A stretch of DNA of 64,000 nt. Source: Squalus acanthias (lineage: Eukaryota). Every line of letters starts with the position of its first letter. Positions within the stretch are counted from its first letter, which is position 1. Positions 1 through 15,143 of this stretch are shown piece after piece. The notes beneath the pieces were generated by a model. That model saw only the letters and a list, made by a program, of their open reading frames with translations, made no database searches and was not told the DNA's origin. The stretch spans positions 59,336,001-59,400,000 of the forward strand of contig CM059438.1 in assembly GCA_030390025.1 (NCBI GenBank), in the 5' to 3' direction. The position numbers and the translations under genes were made by a program.

Positions 1-3000
1 TACGGTGCTGGTTTATTGATGATCCGGTCCTGGTTTATTGATGATATGATCCTGGTTTATTGATGATCCGTTCCTGGTTTATTGATGATATGGTCCTGGT
101 TTATTGATGATACGGTCCTGGTTTATTGGTGATACGGTGCTGGTTTATTGATGATATGGTCCAGGTTTATTGATGATATGGTCCTGGTTTATTGATGATA
201 CGGTCCTGATTTATTGATGATACGGTCCTGGTTTATTGATGATACAGTCCTGGTTTATTGATGATACGATCCTGGTTTATTGATGATCCGGTCCTGGTTT
301 ATTGATAATCCGGTCCTGGTTTATTGATGATGCGGTCCTGGTTTATTGATGATACGGTTTTGTTCATTGATGATACGGTCCTGGTTTATTGATGATACGG
401 TGCTGGTTTATTGATGATACGGTGCTGGTTTATTGATGATACGGTGCTGGTTTATTGATGATATGGTTTTGTTTATTGATTATCCGGTGCTGGTTTATTG
501 ATGATACGGTGCTGGTTTATTGATGATCCGGTTTTATTTATTGATTATCCGGTGCTGGTTTATTGATGATACGGTGCTGGTTTATTGATGATACGGTGCT
601 GGTTTATTGAGGATATGGTCCTGATTTATTGATGATAGGGTGCTGGTTTATTGATGATACGGTGCTGGTTTATTGATGATACGGTGCTGGTTTATTGATG
701 ATACGGTGCTAGTTTATTGATGATACGGTCCTGGTTTATTGATGATACGGTCCTGGTTTATTGATGATCCAGTTTTGTTTATTGATTATCCGGTGCTGGT
801 TTATTGATGATACGGTGCTGGTTTATTGATGATACGGTCCTGATTTATTGATGATACGGTCCTGGTTTATTGATGATACGGTGCTGGTTTATTGATGATA
901 CGGTGCTGGTTTATTGATGATACGGTGCTGGTTTATTGATGATACGGTTTTATTTATTGATTATCCGGTGCTGGTTTATTGATGATACGGTGCTGGTTTA
1001 TTGATGATACGGTGCTGGTTTATTGAGGATATGGTCCTGATTTATTGATGATAGGGTGCTGGTTTATTGATGATACGGTGCTGGTTTATTGATGATACGG
1101 TGCTGGTTTATTGATGATACGGTGCTAGTTTATTGATGATACGGTCCTGGTTTATTGATGATACGGTCCTGGTTTATTGATGATCCAGTTTTGTTTATTG
1201 ATTATCCGGTGCTGGTTTATTGATGATACGGTGCTGGTTTATTGATGATACGGTCCTGATTTATTGATGATACGGTCCTGGTTTATTGATGATACGGTGC
1301 TGGTTTATTGATGATACGGTGCTGGTTTATTGATGATACGGTCCTGATTTATTGATGATAAAGGTGCTGGTTTATTGATGATATGGTCCTGGTTTATTGA
1401 TGATACGGTGCTGGTTTATTGATGATACGGTCCTGATTTATTGATGATACGGTCCTGGTTTATTGATGATATGATCCTGGTTTATTGATGATACGGTGCT
1501 GGTTTATTGATGATACGGTCCTGATTTATTGATGATACGGTCCTGGTTTATTGATGATATGATCCTGGTTTATTGATGATACGGTCCTGATTTATTGATG
1601 ATACGGTCCTGATTTATTGATGATACGGTCCTGGTTTATTGATGATATGATCCTGGTTTATTGATGATATGGTCCTGATTTATTGATGATACGGTGCTGG
1701 TTTATTGGTGATACGGTGCAGGTTTATTGATGATACGGTGCTGGTTTATTGATGATACGGTCCTGGTTTATTGATGATATGGTCCTGATTTATTGATGAT
1801 ACGGTGCTGGTTTATTGATAATACGGTGCTGGTTTATTGATGATACGGTGCTGGTTTATTGATGATACAGTCCTGGTTTACTGATGATACGGTGCTGGTT
1901 TATTAATGATACAGTCCTGGTTTATTGATTATACGGTGCTGGTTTATTGATGATACGGTGCTGGTTTATTGGTGATACGGTGCAGGTTTATTGATGATAC
2001 AATCCTGGTTTATTGATGATACGGTCCTGGTTTATTGATTATCCGGTGCTGGTTTATTGATGATACGGTGCTGGTTTATTGATGATCCGGTCCTGGTTTA
2101 TTGATGATATGATCCTGGTTTATTGATGATAAGGTGCTGGTTTATTGATGATCCGGTCCTGGTTTATTGATGATACGGTCCTGGTTTATTGATGATACGG
2201 TGCTGGTTTATTGATGATACGGTCCTGGTTTATTGATGATACGGTCCTGGTTTATTGATGATACGGTGCTGGTTTATTGATGATGCGGTCCTGGTTTATT
2301 GATGATACGATCCTGGTTTATTGATGATACGATGCTGGTTTATTGATGATACGGTGCTGGTTTATTGGTGATACAGTCCTGGTTTATTGATGATATGATC
2401 GTGGTTTATTGATGATCCGGTGCTGGTTTATTGATGATACGGTCCTGGTTTATTGGTGATACGGTGCTGGTTTATTGATGATACGGTCCTGGTTTATTGA
2501 TGATACGGTCCTGGTTTATTGATGATACGGTCCTGGTTTATTGATGATACGGTGCTGGTTTATTGATGATACGGTGATGGTTTATTGATGATACGGTGCT
2601 GGTTTATTGATGATACGGTGCTGGTTTATTGATGATACGGTCCTGGTTTATTGATGATACGGTCCTGGTTTATTGATGATACGGTGCTGGTTTATTGATG
2701 ATACGGTCCTGGTTTATTGATTATACGGTGCTGGTTTATTGATGATCCGGTCCTGGTTTATTGATGATATGATCCTGGTTTATTAATGATCCGGTGCTGG
2801 TTTATTGATGATCCGGTCCTGGTTTATTGATGATATGATCCTGGTTTATTGATGATACGGTGCTGGTTTATTGATGATACGGTCCTGGTTTATTGATGAT
2901 ACGGTCCTGGTTTATTGATGATCCGGTGCTGGTTTATTGATGATCCGGTCCTGGTTTATTGATGATATGATCCTGGTTTATTGATGATACGGTGCTGGTT

Positions 3001-6000
3001 TATTGATGATCCGGTCCTGGTTTATTGATGATACGGTCCTGGTTTATTGATGATACGGTGCTAGTTTATTGATGATACGGTCCTGGTTTATTGATGATAC
3101 GGTCCTGGTTTATTGATGATACGGTCCTGGTTTATTGATGATACGGTGCTGGTTTATTGATGATATGATCCTGGTTTATTGATGATATGATCCTGGTTTA
3201 TTGATGATCCGGTGCTGGTTTATTGATGATACGGTCCTGGTTTATTGATGATACGATCCTGGTTTATTGATGATACAGTCCTGGTTTATTGATGATACGG
3301 TGCTTGTTTATTGATGATTCGGTCCTGGTTTGTTGATGATATGATCCTGGTTTATTGGTGATCCGGTGCTGGTTTATTGATGATACGGTCCTGGTTTATT
3401 GGTGATACGGTGCTGGTTTATTGATGATACGGTGCTGGTTTATTGGTGATACGGTGCTGGTTTATTGATGATACGGTCCTGGTTTATTGATGATACGGTC
3501 CTGGTTTATTGATGATACGGTCCTGGTTTATTGATGATACGGTGCTGGTTTATTGATGATACGGTGATGGTTTATTGATGATACGGTGCTGGTTTATTGA
3601 TGATACGGTGCTGGTTTATTGATGATACGGTCCTGGTTTATTGATTATACGGTGCTGGTTTATTGATGATACGGTGCTGGTTTATTGATGATACGGTCCT
3701 GGTTTATTGATTATACGGTGCTGGTTTATTGATGATCCGGTCCTGGTTTATTGATGATATGATCCTGGTTTATTAATGATCCGGTGCTGGTTTATTGATG
3801 ATCCGGTCCTGGTTTATTGATGATATGATCCTGGTTTATTGATGATACGGTGCTGGTTTATTGATGATACGGTCCTGGTTTATTGATGATACGGTCCTGG
3901 TTTATTGATGATCGGTGCTGGTTTATTGATGATCCGGTCCTGGTTTATTGATGATATGATCCTGGTTTATTGATGATACGGTGCTGGTTTATTGATGATC
4001 CGGTCCTGGTTTATTGATGATACGGTCCTGGTTTATTGATGATACGGTGCTAGTTTATTGATGATACGGTCCTGGTTTATTGATGATACGGTCCTGGTTT
4101 ATTGATGATACGGTCCTGGTTTATTGATGATACGGTGCTGGTTTATTGATGATATGATCCTGGTTTATTGATGATATGATCCTGGTTTATTGATGATCCG
4201 GTGCTGGTTTATTGATGATACGGTCCTGGTTTATTGATGATACGATCCTGGTTTATTGATGATACAGTCCTGGTTTATTGATGATACGGTGCTTGTTTAT
4301 TGATGATTCGGTCCTGGTTTATTGATGATATGATCCTGGTTTATTGGTGATCCAGTGCTGGTTTATTGATGATCCGGTGCTGGTTTATTGATGATATGAT
4401 CCTGGTTTATTGATGATACGGTGCTGGTTTATTGATGATCCGGTCCTGGTTTATTGATGATACTGTCCTCGTTTATTGGTGATATGATCCTGGTTTATTG
4501 ATGATCCGGCCCTGGTTTATTGGTGATATGATCCTGGTTTATTGATGATCCGGTCCTGGTTTATTGGTGATACGGTGCTGGTTTATTGATGATACGGTCC
4601 TGGTTTATTGATGATACGGTCCTGGTTTATTGATGATACGGTCCTGGTTTATTGATGATACGGTCCTGGTTTATTGATGATATGATCCTGGTTTATTGAT
4701 GATATGATCCTGGTTTATTGATGATCCGGTGCTGGTTTATTGATGATACGGTCCTGGTTTATTGATGATACGATCCTGGTTTATTGATGATACGGTCCTG
4801 GTTTATTGATTATACGGTGTTGGTTTATTGATGATCCGGTCCTGGTTTATTGATGATATGATCCTGGTTTATTGATGATCCGGTGCTGGTTTATTGATGA
4901 TCCGGTGCTGGTTTATTGATGATATGATCCTGGTTTATTGATGATACGGTGCTGGTTTATTGATGATCCGGTCCTGGTTTATTGATGATACTGTCCTCGT
5001 TTATTGGTGATATGATCCTGGTTTATTGATGATCCGGCCCTGGTTTATTGGTGATATGATCCTGGTTTATTGATGATCCGGTCCTGGTTTATTGGTGATA
5101 CTGTGCTGGTTTATTGATGATACGGTCCTGGTTTATTGATGATACGGTCCTGGTTTATTGATGATACGGTCCTGGTTTATTGATGATACGGTCCTGGTTT
5201 ATTGATGATACGGTCCTGGTTTATTGATGATACGGTCCTGGTTTATTGATGATATGATCCTGGTTTATTGATGATCCGGTCCTGGTTTATTGATGATACG
5301 GTGCTCGTTTATTGATGATACAATCCTGGTTTATTGATGATACAGTCCTGGTTTATTGATGATACGGTGCTGGTTTATTGATGATACAGTTGTGGTTAAT
5401 GATTATACGGTCCTGGTTTATTACATAGAAACATAGAAACATAGAATCTAGGAGCAGGAGTAGGCCATTCGGCCCGTCGAGCCTGCTCCACCATTCAATA
5501 CGATCATGGCTGATCATCCAAATCCAGTACCCTGTCCCTGCTTTAATCCCCACAGTACACATATCCCACCCTACCCCCGTAACCCCACGTATTTAATTCC
5601 CCCTAACATATCCCATCCTATCCCCATAACCCCACATATTTAATCCCCCCCTAACACTAAGGGTCAATTTATCACAGCCAAATCAACCTAACCCGCACAT
5701 TTTTGGACTGTGGACTATTGATGATACCATCCTGGTTTATTGATGATATGATCCTGGTTTATTGATGATCCGGTGCTGGTTTATTGATGATACAGTGCTG
5801 ATTTATTGATGATACAGTCCTGGTTTATTGATGATACGGTGCTGGTTTATTGATGATACAGTCCTGGTTTATTGATTATACGGTGCTGGTTTATTGATGA
5901 TCCGGTCCTGGTTTATTGATGATATGATCCTGGTTTATTGATGATCCGGTCCTGGTTTATTGATGATATGGTCCTGGTTTATTGATGATACGGTCCTGGT

Positions 6001-9000
6001 TTATTGGTGATACGGTGCTGGTTTATTGATGATATGGTCCTGGTTTATTGATGATATGGTCCTGGTTTATTGATGATACGGTCCTGATTTATTGATGATA
6101 CGGTCCTGGTTTATTGATGATACGATCCTGGTTTATTGATGATCCGGTCCTGGTTTATTGACAATCCGGTCCTGGTTTATTGATGATCCGGTCCTGGTTT
6201 ATTGATAATCCGGTCCTGGTTTATTGATGATGCGGTCCTGGTTTATTGATGATACGGTTTTGTTCATTGATGATACGGTCCTGGTTTATTGATGATACGG
6301 TGCTGGTTTATTGATGATACGGTGCTGGTTTATTGATGATACGGTGCTGGTTTATTGATGATATGGTTTTGTTTTTTGATTATCCGGTGCTGGTTTATTG
6401 ATGATACGGTGCTGGTTTATTGATGATCCGGTTTTATTTATTGATTATCCGGTGCTGGTTTATTGATGATACGGTGCTGGTTTATTGATGATACGGTGCT
6501 GGTTTATTGATGATACGGTGCTGGTTTATTGATGATACGGTGCTAGTTTATTGATGATACGGTCCTGGTTTATTGATGATACGGTCCTGGTTTATTGATG
6601 ATCCAGTTTTGTTTATTGATTATCCGGTGCTGGTTTATTGATGATACGGTGCTGGTTTATTGATGATACGGTCCTGATTTATTGATGATACGGTCCTGGT
6701 TTATTGATGATACGGTGCTGGTTTATTGATGATACGGTGCTGGTTTATTGATGATACGGTCCTGATTTATTGATGATAAAGGTGCTGGTTTATTGATGAT
6801 ATGGTCCTGGTTTATTGATGATACGGTGCTGGTTTATTGATGATACGGTCCTGATTTATTGATGATACGGTCCTGGTTTATTGATGATATGATCCTGGTT
6901 TATTGATGATACGGTGCTGGTTTATTGATGATACGGTCCTGATTTATTGATGATACGGTCCTGGTTTATTGATGATATGATCCTGGTTTATTGATGATAC
7001 GGTCCTGATTTATTGATGATACGGTCCTGATTTATTGATGATACGGTCCTGGTTTATTGATGATATGATCCTGGTTTATTGATGATATGGTCCTGATTTA
7101 TTGATGATACGATGCTGGTTTATTGGTGATACGGTGCAGGTTTATTGATGATACGGTGCTGGTTTATTGATGATACGGTCCTGGTTTATTGATGATATGG
7201 TCCTGATTTATTGATGATACGGTGCTGGTTTATTGATAATACGGTGCTGGTTTATTGATGATACGGTGCTGGTTTATTGATGATACAGTCCTGGTTTACT
7301 GATGATACGGTGCTGGTTTATTAATGATACAGTCCTGGTTTATTGATTATACGGTGCTGGTTTATTGATGATACGGTGCTGGTTTATTGGTGATACGGTG
7401 CAGGTTTATTGATGATACAATCCTGGTGTATTGATGATACGGTCCTGGTTTATTGATTATCCGGTGCTGGTTTATTGATGATACGGTGCTGGTTTATTGA
7501 TGATACGGTGCTGGTTTATTGATGATACGGTCCTGATTTATTGATGATACGGTCCTGGTTTTTTGATGATACGGTGCTGGTTTATTGATGATACGGTGCT
7601 GGTTTATTGATGATACGGTCCTGATTTATTGATGATAAAGGTGCTGGTTTATTGATGATATGGTCCTGGTTTATTGATGATACGGTGCTGGTTTATTGAT
7701 GATACAGTCCTGGTTTATCGATTATACGGTGCTGGTTTATTGATGATCCGGTCCTGGTTTATTGATGATATGATCCTGGTTTATTGATGATCCGGTCCTG
7801 GTTTATTGATGATACGGTCCTGGTTTATAGGTGATACGGTGCTGGTTTATTGATGATATGGTCCAGGTTTATTGATGATATGGTCCTGGTTTATTGATGA
7901 TACGGTCCTGGTTTATTGATGATATGGTCCAGGTTTATTGATGATACGGTCCTGGTTTATTGATGATATGGTCCAGGTTTATTGATGATACGGTCCTGGT
8001 TTATTGGTGATACGGTGCTGGTTTATTGATGATATGGTCCTGATTTATTGATGATACGGTCCTGGTTTATTGATGATACAGTCCTGGTTTATTGATGATA
8101 CGATCCTGGTTTATTGATGATCCGGTCCTGGTTTATTGATAATCCGGTCCTGGTTTATTGATGATGCGGTCCTGGTTTATTGATGATACGGTTTTGTTCA
8201 TTGATGATACGGTCCTGGTTTATTGATGATACGGTGCTGGTTTATTGATGATACGGTGCTGGTTTATTGACGATACGGTGCTGGTTTATTGATGATATGG
8301 TTTTGTTTATTGATTATCCGGTGCTGGTTTATTGATGATACGGTGCTGGTTTATTGATGATCCGGTTTTATTTATTGATTATCCGGTGCTGGTTTATTGA
8401 TGATACGGTGCTGGTTTATTGATGATACGGTGCTGGTTTATTGAGGATATGGTCCTGATTTATTGATGATAGGGTGCTGGTTTATTGATGATACGGTGCT
8501 GGTTTATTGATGATACGGTGCTGGTTTATTGATGATACGGTGCTAGTTTATTGATGATACGGTCCTGGTTTATTGATGATACGGTCCTGGTTTATTGATG
8601 ATCCAGTTTTGTTTATTGATTATCCGGTGCTGGTTTATTGATGATACGGTGCTGGTTTATTGATGATACGGTCCTGATTTATTGATGATACGGTCCTGGT
8701 TTATTGATGATACGGTGCTGGTTTATTGATGATACGGTGCTGGTTTATTGATGATACGGTCCTGATTTATTGATGATAAAGGTGCTGGTTTATTGATGAT
8801 ATGGTCCTGGTTTATTGATGATACGGTGCTGGTTTATTGATGATACGGTCCTGATTTATTGATGATACGGTCCTGGTTTATTGATGATATGATCCTGGTT
8901 TATTGATGATACGGTGCTGGTTTATTGATGATACGGTCCTGATTTATTGATGATACGGTCCTGGTTTATTGATGATATGATCCTGGTTTATTGATGATAC

Positions 9001-12000
9001 GGTCCTGATTTATTGATGATACGGTCCTGATTTATTGATGATACGGTCCTGGTTTATTGATGATATGATCCTGGTTTATTGATGATACGGTCCTGATTTA
9101 TTGATGATACGGTGCTGGTTTATTGGTGATACGGTGCAGGTTTATTGATGATACGGTGCTGGTTTATTGATGATACGGTCCTGGTTTATTGATGATATGG
9201 TCCTGATTTATTGATGATACGGTGCTGGTTTATTGATAATACGGTGCTGGTTTATTGATGATACGGTGCTGGTTTATTGATGATACAGTCCTGGTTTACT
9301 GATGATACGGTGCTGGTTTATTAATGATACAGTCCTGGTTTATTGATTATACGGTGCTGGTTTATTGATGATACGGTGCTGGTTTATTGGTGATACGGTG
9401 CAGGTTTATTGATGATACAATCCTGGTTTATTGATGATACGGTCCTGGTTTATTGATTATCCGGTGCTGGTTTATTGATGATACGGTGCTGGTTTATTGA
9501 TGATACGGTGCTGGTTTATTGATGATACGGTCCTGATTTATTGATGATACGGTCCTGGTTTATTGATGATACGGTGCTGGTTTATTGATGATACGGTGCT
9601 GGTTTATTGATGATACGGTCCTGATTTATTGATGATAAAGGTGCTGGTTTATTGATGATATGGTCCTGGTTTATTGATGATACGGTGCTGGTTTATTGAT
9701 GATACGGTCCTGATTTTTTGATGATAAGGTCCTGGTTTATTGATGATACGGTGCTGGTTTATTCATGATACGGTCCTGATTTATTGATGATACGGTCCTG
9801 GTTTATTGATGATATGTTCCTGGTTTATTGATGATACGGTCCTGGTTTATTGATGATATGGTCCTGGTTTATTGATGATACGGTCCTGGTTTATTGATGA
9901 TACGGTCCTGATTTATTGATGATCCGGTCCTGGTTTATTGATGATATGTTCCTGGTTTATTGATGATACGGTGCTGGTTTATTGATGATACGGTCCTGAT
10001 TTATTGATGATACGGTCCTGGTTTATTGATGATATGGTCCTGATTTATTGATGATACGGTGCTGGTTTATTGGTGATACGGTGCAGGTTTATTGATGATA
10101 CGGTGCTGGTTTATTGATGATACGGTCCTGGTTTATTGATGATATGGTCCTGATTTATTGATGATACGGTGCTGGTTTATTGATAATACGGTGCTGGTTT
10201 ATTGATGATACGGTGCTGGTTTATTGATGATACAGTCCTGGTTTACTGATGATACGGTGCTGGTTTATTAATGATACAGTCCTGGTTTATTGATTATACG
10301 GTGCTGGTTTATTGATGATACGGTGCTGGTTTATTGGTGATACGGTGCAGGTTTATTGATGATACAATCCTGGTTTATTGATGATACGGTCCTGGTTTAT
10401 TGATGATACGGTCCTGGTTTATTGATTATACGGTGCTGGTTTATTGATGATACGGTGCTGGTTTATTGATGATACGGTCCTGGTTTATTGATGATACAGT
10501 CCTGGTTTATTGATTATACGGTGCTGGTTTATTGATGATACGGTGCTGGTTTATTGATGATACAGTCCTGGTTTATTGATGATACAGTCCTGGTTTATTG
10601 ATTATGCGATGCTGGTTTATTGATGATCCGGTCCTGGTTTATTGATGATATGATCCTGGTTTATTGATGATCCGGTGCTGGTTTATTGATGATACGGTCC
10701 TGGTTTATTGGTGATACGGTGCTGGTTTATTGATGATACGGTCCTGGTTTATTGATGATACGGTCCTGGTTTATTGATGATACTGTCCTGGTTTATTGAT
10801 GATACGGTCCTGGTTTATTGATGATACGGTCCTGGTTTATTGATAATACGGTTTTGTTTATTGATGATACGGTCCTTGTTTATTGATGATACGGTGCTGG
10901 TTTATTGATGATACGGTGCTGGTTTATTGATCATACGGTGCTGGTTTATTGATGATATGGTGCTGGTTTATTGATGTTACGGTCCTGGTTTTTTGGTGAT
11001 ACGGTGCTGGTTTATTGATGATACGGTCCTGGTTTATTGATGATACGGTCCTGGTTTATTGATGATACGGTCCTGGTTTATTGATGATCCGGTCCTGGTT
11101 TATTGATGATATGGTCCTGATTTATTGATGATACGGTGCTGGTTTATTGGTGATACGGTGCAGGTTTATTGATGATACGGTGCTGGTTTATTGATGATAC
11201 GGTCCTGGTTTATTGATGATACGGTCCTGATTTATTGATGATACGGTCCTGGTTTATTGATGATATGATCCTGGTTTATTGATGATACGGTCCTGATTTA
11301 TTGATGATACGGTCCTGATTTATTGATGATACGGTCCTGGTTTATTGATGATATGATCCTGGTTTATTGATGATATGGTCCTGATTTATTGATGATACGG
11401 TGCTGGTTTATTGGTGATACGGTGCAGGTTTATTGATGATACGGTGCTGGTTTATTGATGATACGGTCCTGGTTTATTGATGATATGGTCCTGATTTATT
11501 GATGATACGGTGCTGGTTTATTGATAATACGGTGCTGGTTTATTGATGATACGGTGCTGGTTTATTGATGATACAGTCCTGGTTTACTGATGATACGGTG
11601 CTGGTTTATTAATGATACAGTCCTGGTTTATTGATTATACGGTGCTGGTTTATTGATGATACGGTGCTGGTTTATTGGTGATACGGTGCAGGTTTATTGA
11701 TGATACAATCCTGGTTTATTGATGATACGGTCCTGGTTTATTGATTATCCGGTGCTGGTTTATTGATGATACGGTGCTGGTTTATTGATGATACGGTGCT
11801 GGTTTATTGATGATACGGTCCTGATTTATTGATGATACGGTCCTGGTTTATTGATGATACGGTGCTGGTTTATTGATGATACGGTGCTGGTTTATTGATG
11901 ATACGGTCCTGATTTATTGATGATAAAGGTGCTGGTTTATTGATGATATGGTCCTGGTTTATTGATGATACGGTGCTGGTTTATTGATGATACGGTCCTG

Positions 12001-15000
12001 ATTTTTTGATGATACGGTCCTGGTTTATTGATGATACGGTGCTGGTTTATTGATGATACGGTCCTGATTTATTGATGATACGGTCCTGGTTTATTGATGA
12101 TATGGTCCTGATTTATTGATGATACGGTGCTGGTTTATTGATGATACGGTCCTGATTTATTGATGATACGGTCCTGGTTTATTGATGATATGTTCCTGGT
12201 TTATTGATGATACGGTCCTGGTTTATTGATGATATGGTCCTGATTTATTGATGATACGGTCCTGGTTTATTGATGATACGGTCCTGATTTACTGATGATC
12301 CGGTCCTGGTTTATTGATGATATGTTCCTGGTTTATTGATGATACGGTGCTGGTTTATTGATGATACGGTCCTGATTTATTGATGATACGGTCCTGGTTT
12401 ATTGATGATATGGTCCTGATTTATTGATGATACGGTGCTGGTTTATTGGTGATACGGTGCAGGTTTATTGATGATACGGTGCTGGTTTATTGATGATACG
12501 GTCCTGGTTTATTGATGATATGGTCCTGATTTATTGATGATACGGTGCTGGTTTATTGATAATACGGTGCTGGTTTATTGATGATACGGTGCTGGTTTAT
12601 TGATGATACAGTCCTGGTTTACTGATGATACGGTGCTGGTTTATTAATGATACAGTCCTGGTTTATTGATTATACGGTGCTGGTTTATTGATGATACGGT
12701 GCTGGTTTATTGGTGATACGGTGCAGGTTTATTGATGATACAATCCTGGTTTATTGATGATACGGTCCTGGTTTATTGATGATACGGTCCTGGTTTATTG
12801 ATTATACGGTGCTGGTTTATTGATGATACGGTGCTGGTTTATTGATGATACGGTCCTGGTTTATTGATGATACAGTCCTGGTTTATTGATTATACGGTGC
12901 TGGTTTATTGATGATACGGTGCTGGTTTATTGATGATACAGTCCTGGTTTATTAATGATACAGTCCTGGTTTATTGATTATGCGGTGCTGGTTTATTGAT
13001 GATCCGGTCCTGGTTTATTGATGATATGATCCTGGTTTATTGATGATCCGGTGCTGGTTTATTGATGATACGGTCCTGGTTTATTGGTGATACGGTGCTG
13101 GTTTATTGATGATACGGTCCTGGTTTATTGATGATACGGTCCTGGTTTATTGATGATACTGTCCTGGTTTATTGATGATACGGTCCTGGTTTATTGATGA
13201 TATGATCCTGGTTTATTGTTAATCCGGTCCTGGTTTATTGATGATACGGTCCTGGTTTATTGATAATACGGTTTTGTTTATTGATGATACGGTCCTTGTT
13301 TATTGATGATACGGTGCTGGTTTATTGATGATACGGTGCTGGTTTATTGATGATACGGTGCTGGTTTATTGATGATATGGTGCTGGTTTATTGATGTTAC
13401 GGTCCTGGTTTTTTGGTGATACGGTGCTGGTTTATTGATGATACGGTCCTGGTTTATTGATGATACGGTTTTGTTTATTGATGATACGGTGCTGGTTTAT
13501 TGATGATACGGTCCTGGTTTATTGATGATACGGTTCTGGTTTATTGATGATCCGGTTTTGTTTATTGATTATCCGGTGCTGGTTTATTGATGATACGGTG
13601 CTGGTTTATTGATGATATGGTTTTGTTTATTGATTATCCGGTGCTGGTTTATTGATGATACGGTGCTGGTTTATTGATGATACGGTCCTGGTTTATTGAT
13701 GATATGGTTTTGTTTATTGATTATCCGGTGCTGGTTTATTGATGATACGGTGCTGGTTTATTGATGATACGGTCCTGGTTTATTGATGATACAGTCCTGG
13801 TTTATTGATTATGCGGTGCTGGTTTATTGATGATCCGGTCCTGGTTTATTGATGATATGATCCTGGTTTATTGATGATCCGGTCCTGGTTTATTGATGAT
13901 ATGGTTTTGTTTATTGATTATCCGGTGCTGGTTTATTGATGATACGGTGCTGGTTTATTGATGATATGGTCCTGGTTTATTGATGATATGGTTTTGTTTA
14001 TTGATTATCCGGTGCTGGTTTATTGATGATACAGTCCTGGTTTATTGATGATACGGTGCTGGTTTATTGATGATACGGTCCTGGTTTATTGATGATATGG
14101 TTTTGTTTATTGATTATCCGGTGCTGGTGTATTGATGATACGGTCCTGGTGTATTGATGATACGGTGCTGGTTTATTGATGATACGGTCCTGGTTTATTG
14201 ATGATACGGTGCTGGTTTATTGATGATACAGTGCTGGTTTATTGATGATACGGTCCTGGTTTATTGATGATACGGTGCTGGTTTATTGATGATATGGTCC
14301 TGGTTTATTGAGGATACGGTCCTGATTTATTGATGATCCAGTTTTGTTTATTGATGATACGGTCCTGATTTATTGATGATACGGTCCTGGTTTATTGATG
14401 ATAAGGTGGTGGTTTATTGATGATACGGTCCTTGTTTATTGATGATACGGTGCTGGTTTATTGATGATACGGTCCTGGTTTATTGAGGATACGGTCCTGA
14501 TTTATTGATGATCCAGTTTTGTTTATTGATGATACGGTCCTGATTTATTGATGATACGGTGCTGGTTTATTGGTGATACGGTGCTGGTTTATTGGTGATG
14601 CGGTGCTGGTTTTTTGATTATCTGGTGCTGGTTTATTGATGATCCGGTTTTGTTTATTGATTATCCAGTGCTGGTTTATTGATTATCCGGTGCTGGTTTA
14701 TTGATGATACGGTGCTGGTTTATTGATGATACGGTGCTGGTTTATTGATGATACGGTGCTGGTTTATTGATGATATGGTTTTGTTTATTGATTATCCGGT
14801 GCTGGTTTATTGATGATACGGTGCTGGTTTATTGATGATACGGTGCTGGTTTATTGATGATACGGTGCTGGTTTATTGATGATACGGTCCTGGTTTATTG
14901 ATGATATGGTTTTGTTTATTGATTATCCGGTGCTGGTTCATTGATGATACGGTGCTGGTTTATTGATGATATGGTGCTGGTTTATTGATGATTCGGTCCT

Positions 15001-15123
15001 GGTTTATTGATGATACGGTGCTGGTTTTTTGATGATACCGTTGTGGTTTATTGATGATACGGTCCTGGTTTATTGATGATACCGTTGTGGTTTATTGGTG
15101 ATACGGTCCTGGTTTATTGGTGA
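1..15123. repeat. Satellite array, 22-bp unit TACGGT(G/C)CTGGTTTATTGATGA with 21-bp variants, about 670 copies
   Basis: Directly visible tandem periodicity; runs off the left edge of the window; interrupted once by a SINE at 5423-5715. Confidence 0.99.
5423..5715 (-). mobile_element. 5'-truncated HE1-like (V-core) SINE with CR1-derived 3' tail, inserted in the satellite
   Basis: Has an (ACATAGAA)n tail and GGAGCAGGAGTAGGCCATTCGGCCC, shared with CR1 3' ends elsewhere in the window (45278 onward). Carries a V-core-like CAATTTATCACAGCCAAATCAACCTAACCCGCACATTTTTGGACTGTGG. Flanked by a TATT duplication (5419-5422 / 5716-5719). Confidence 0.8.
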
Positions 15124-15143
15124 GACTGAGCACTCTCGAGGAC

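Noticed and set aside
1..15123. CRISPR-like array
   Set aside because: Pure tandem repeat with no unique spacers and no cas genes, in a eukaryotic context.
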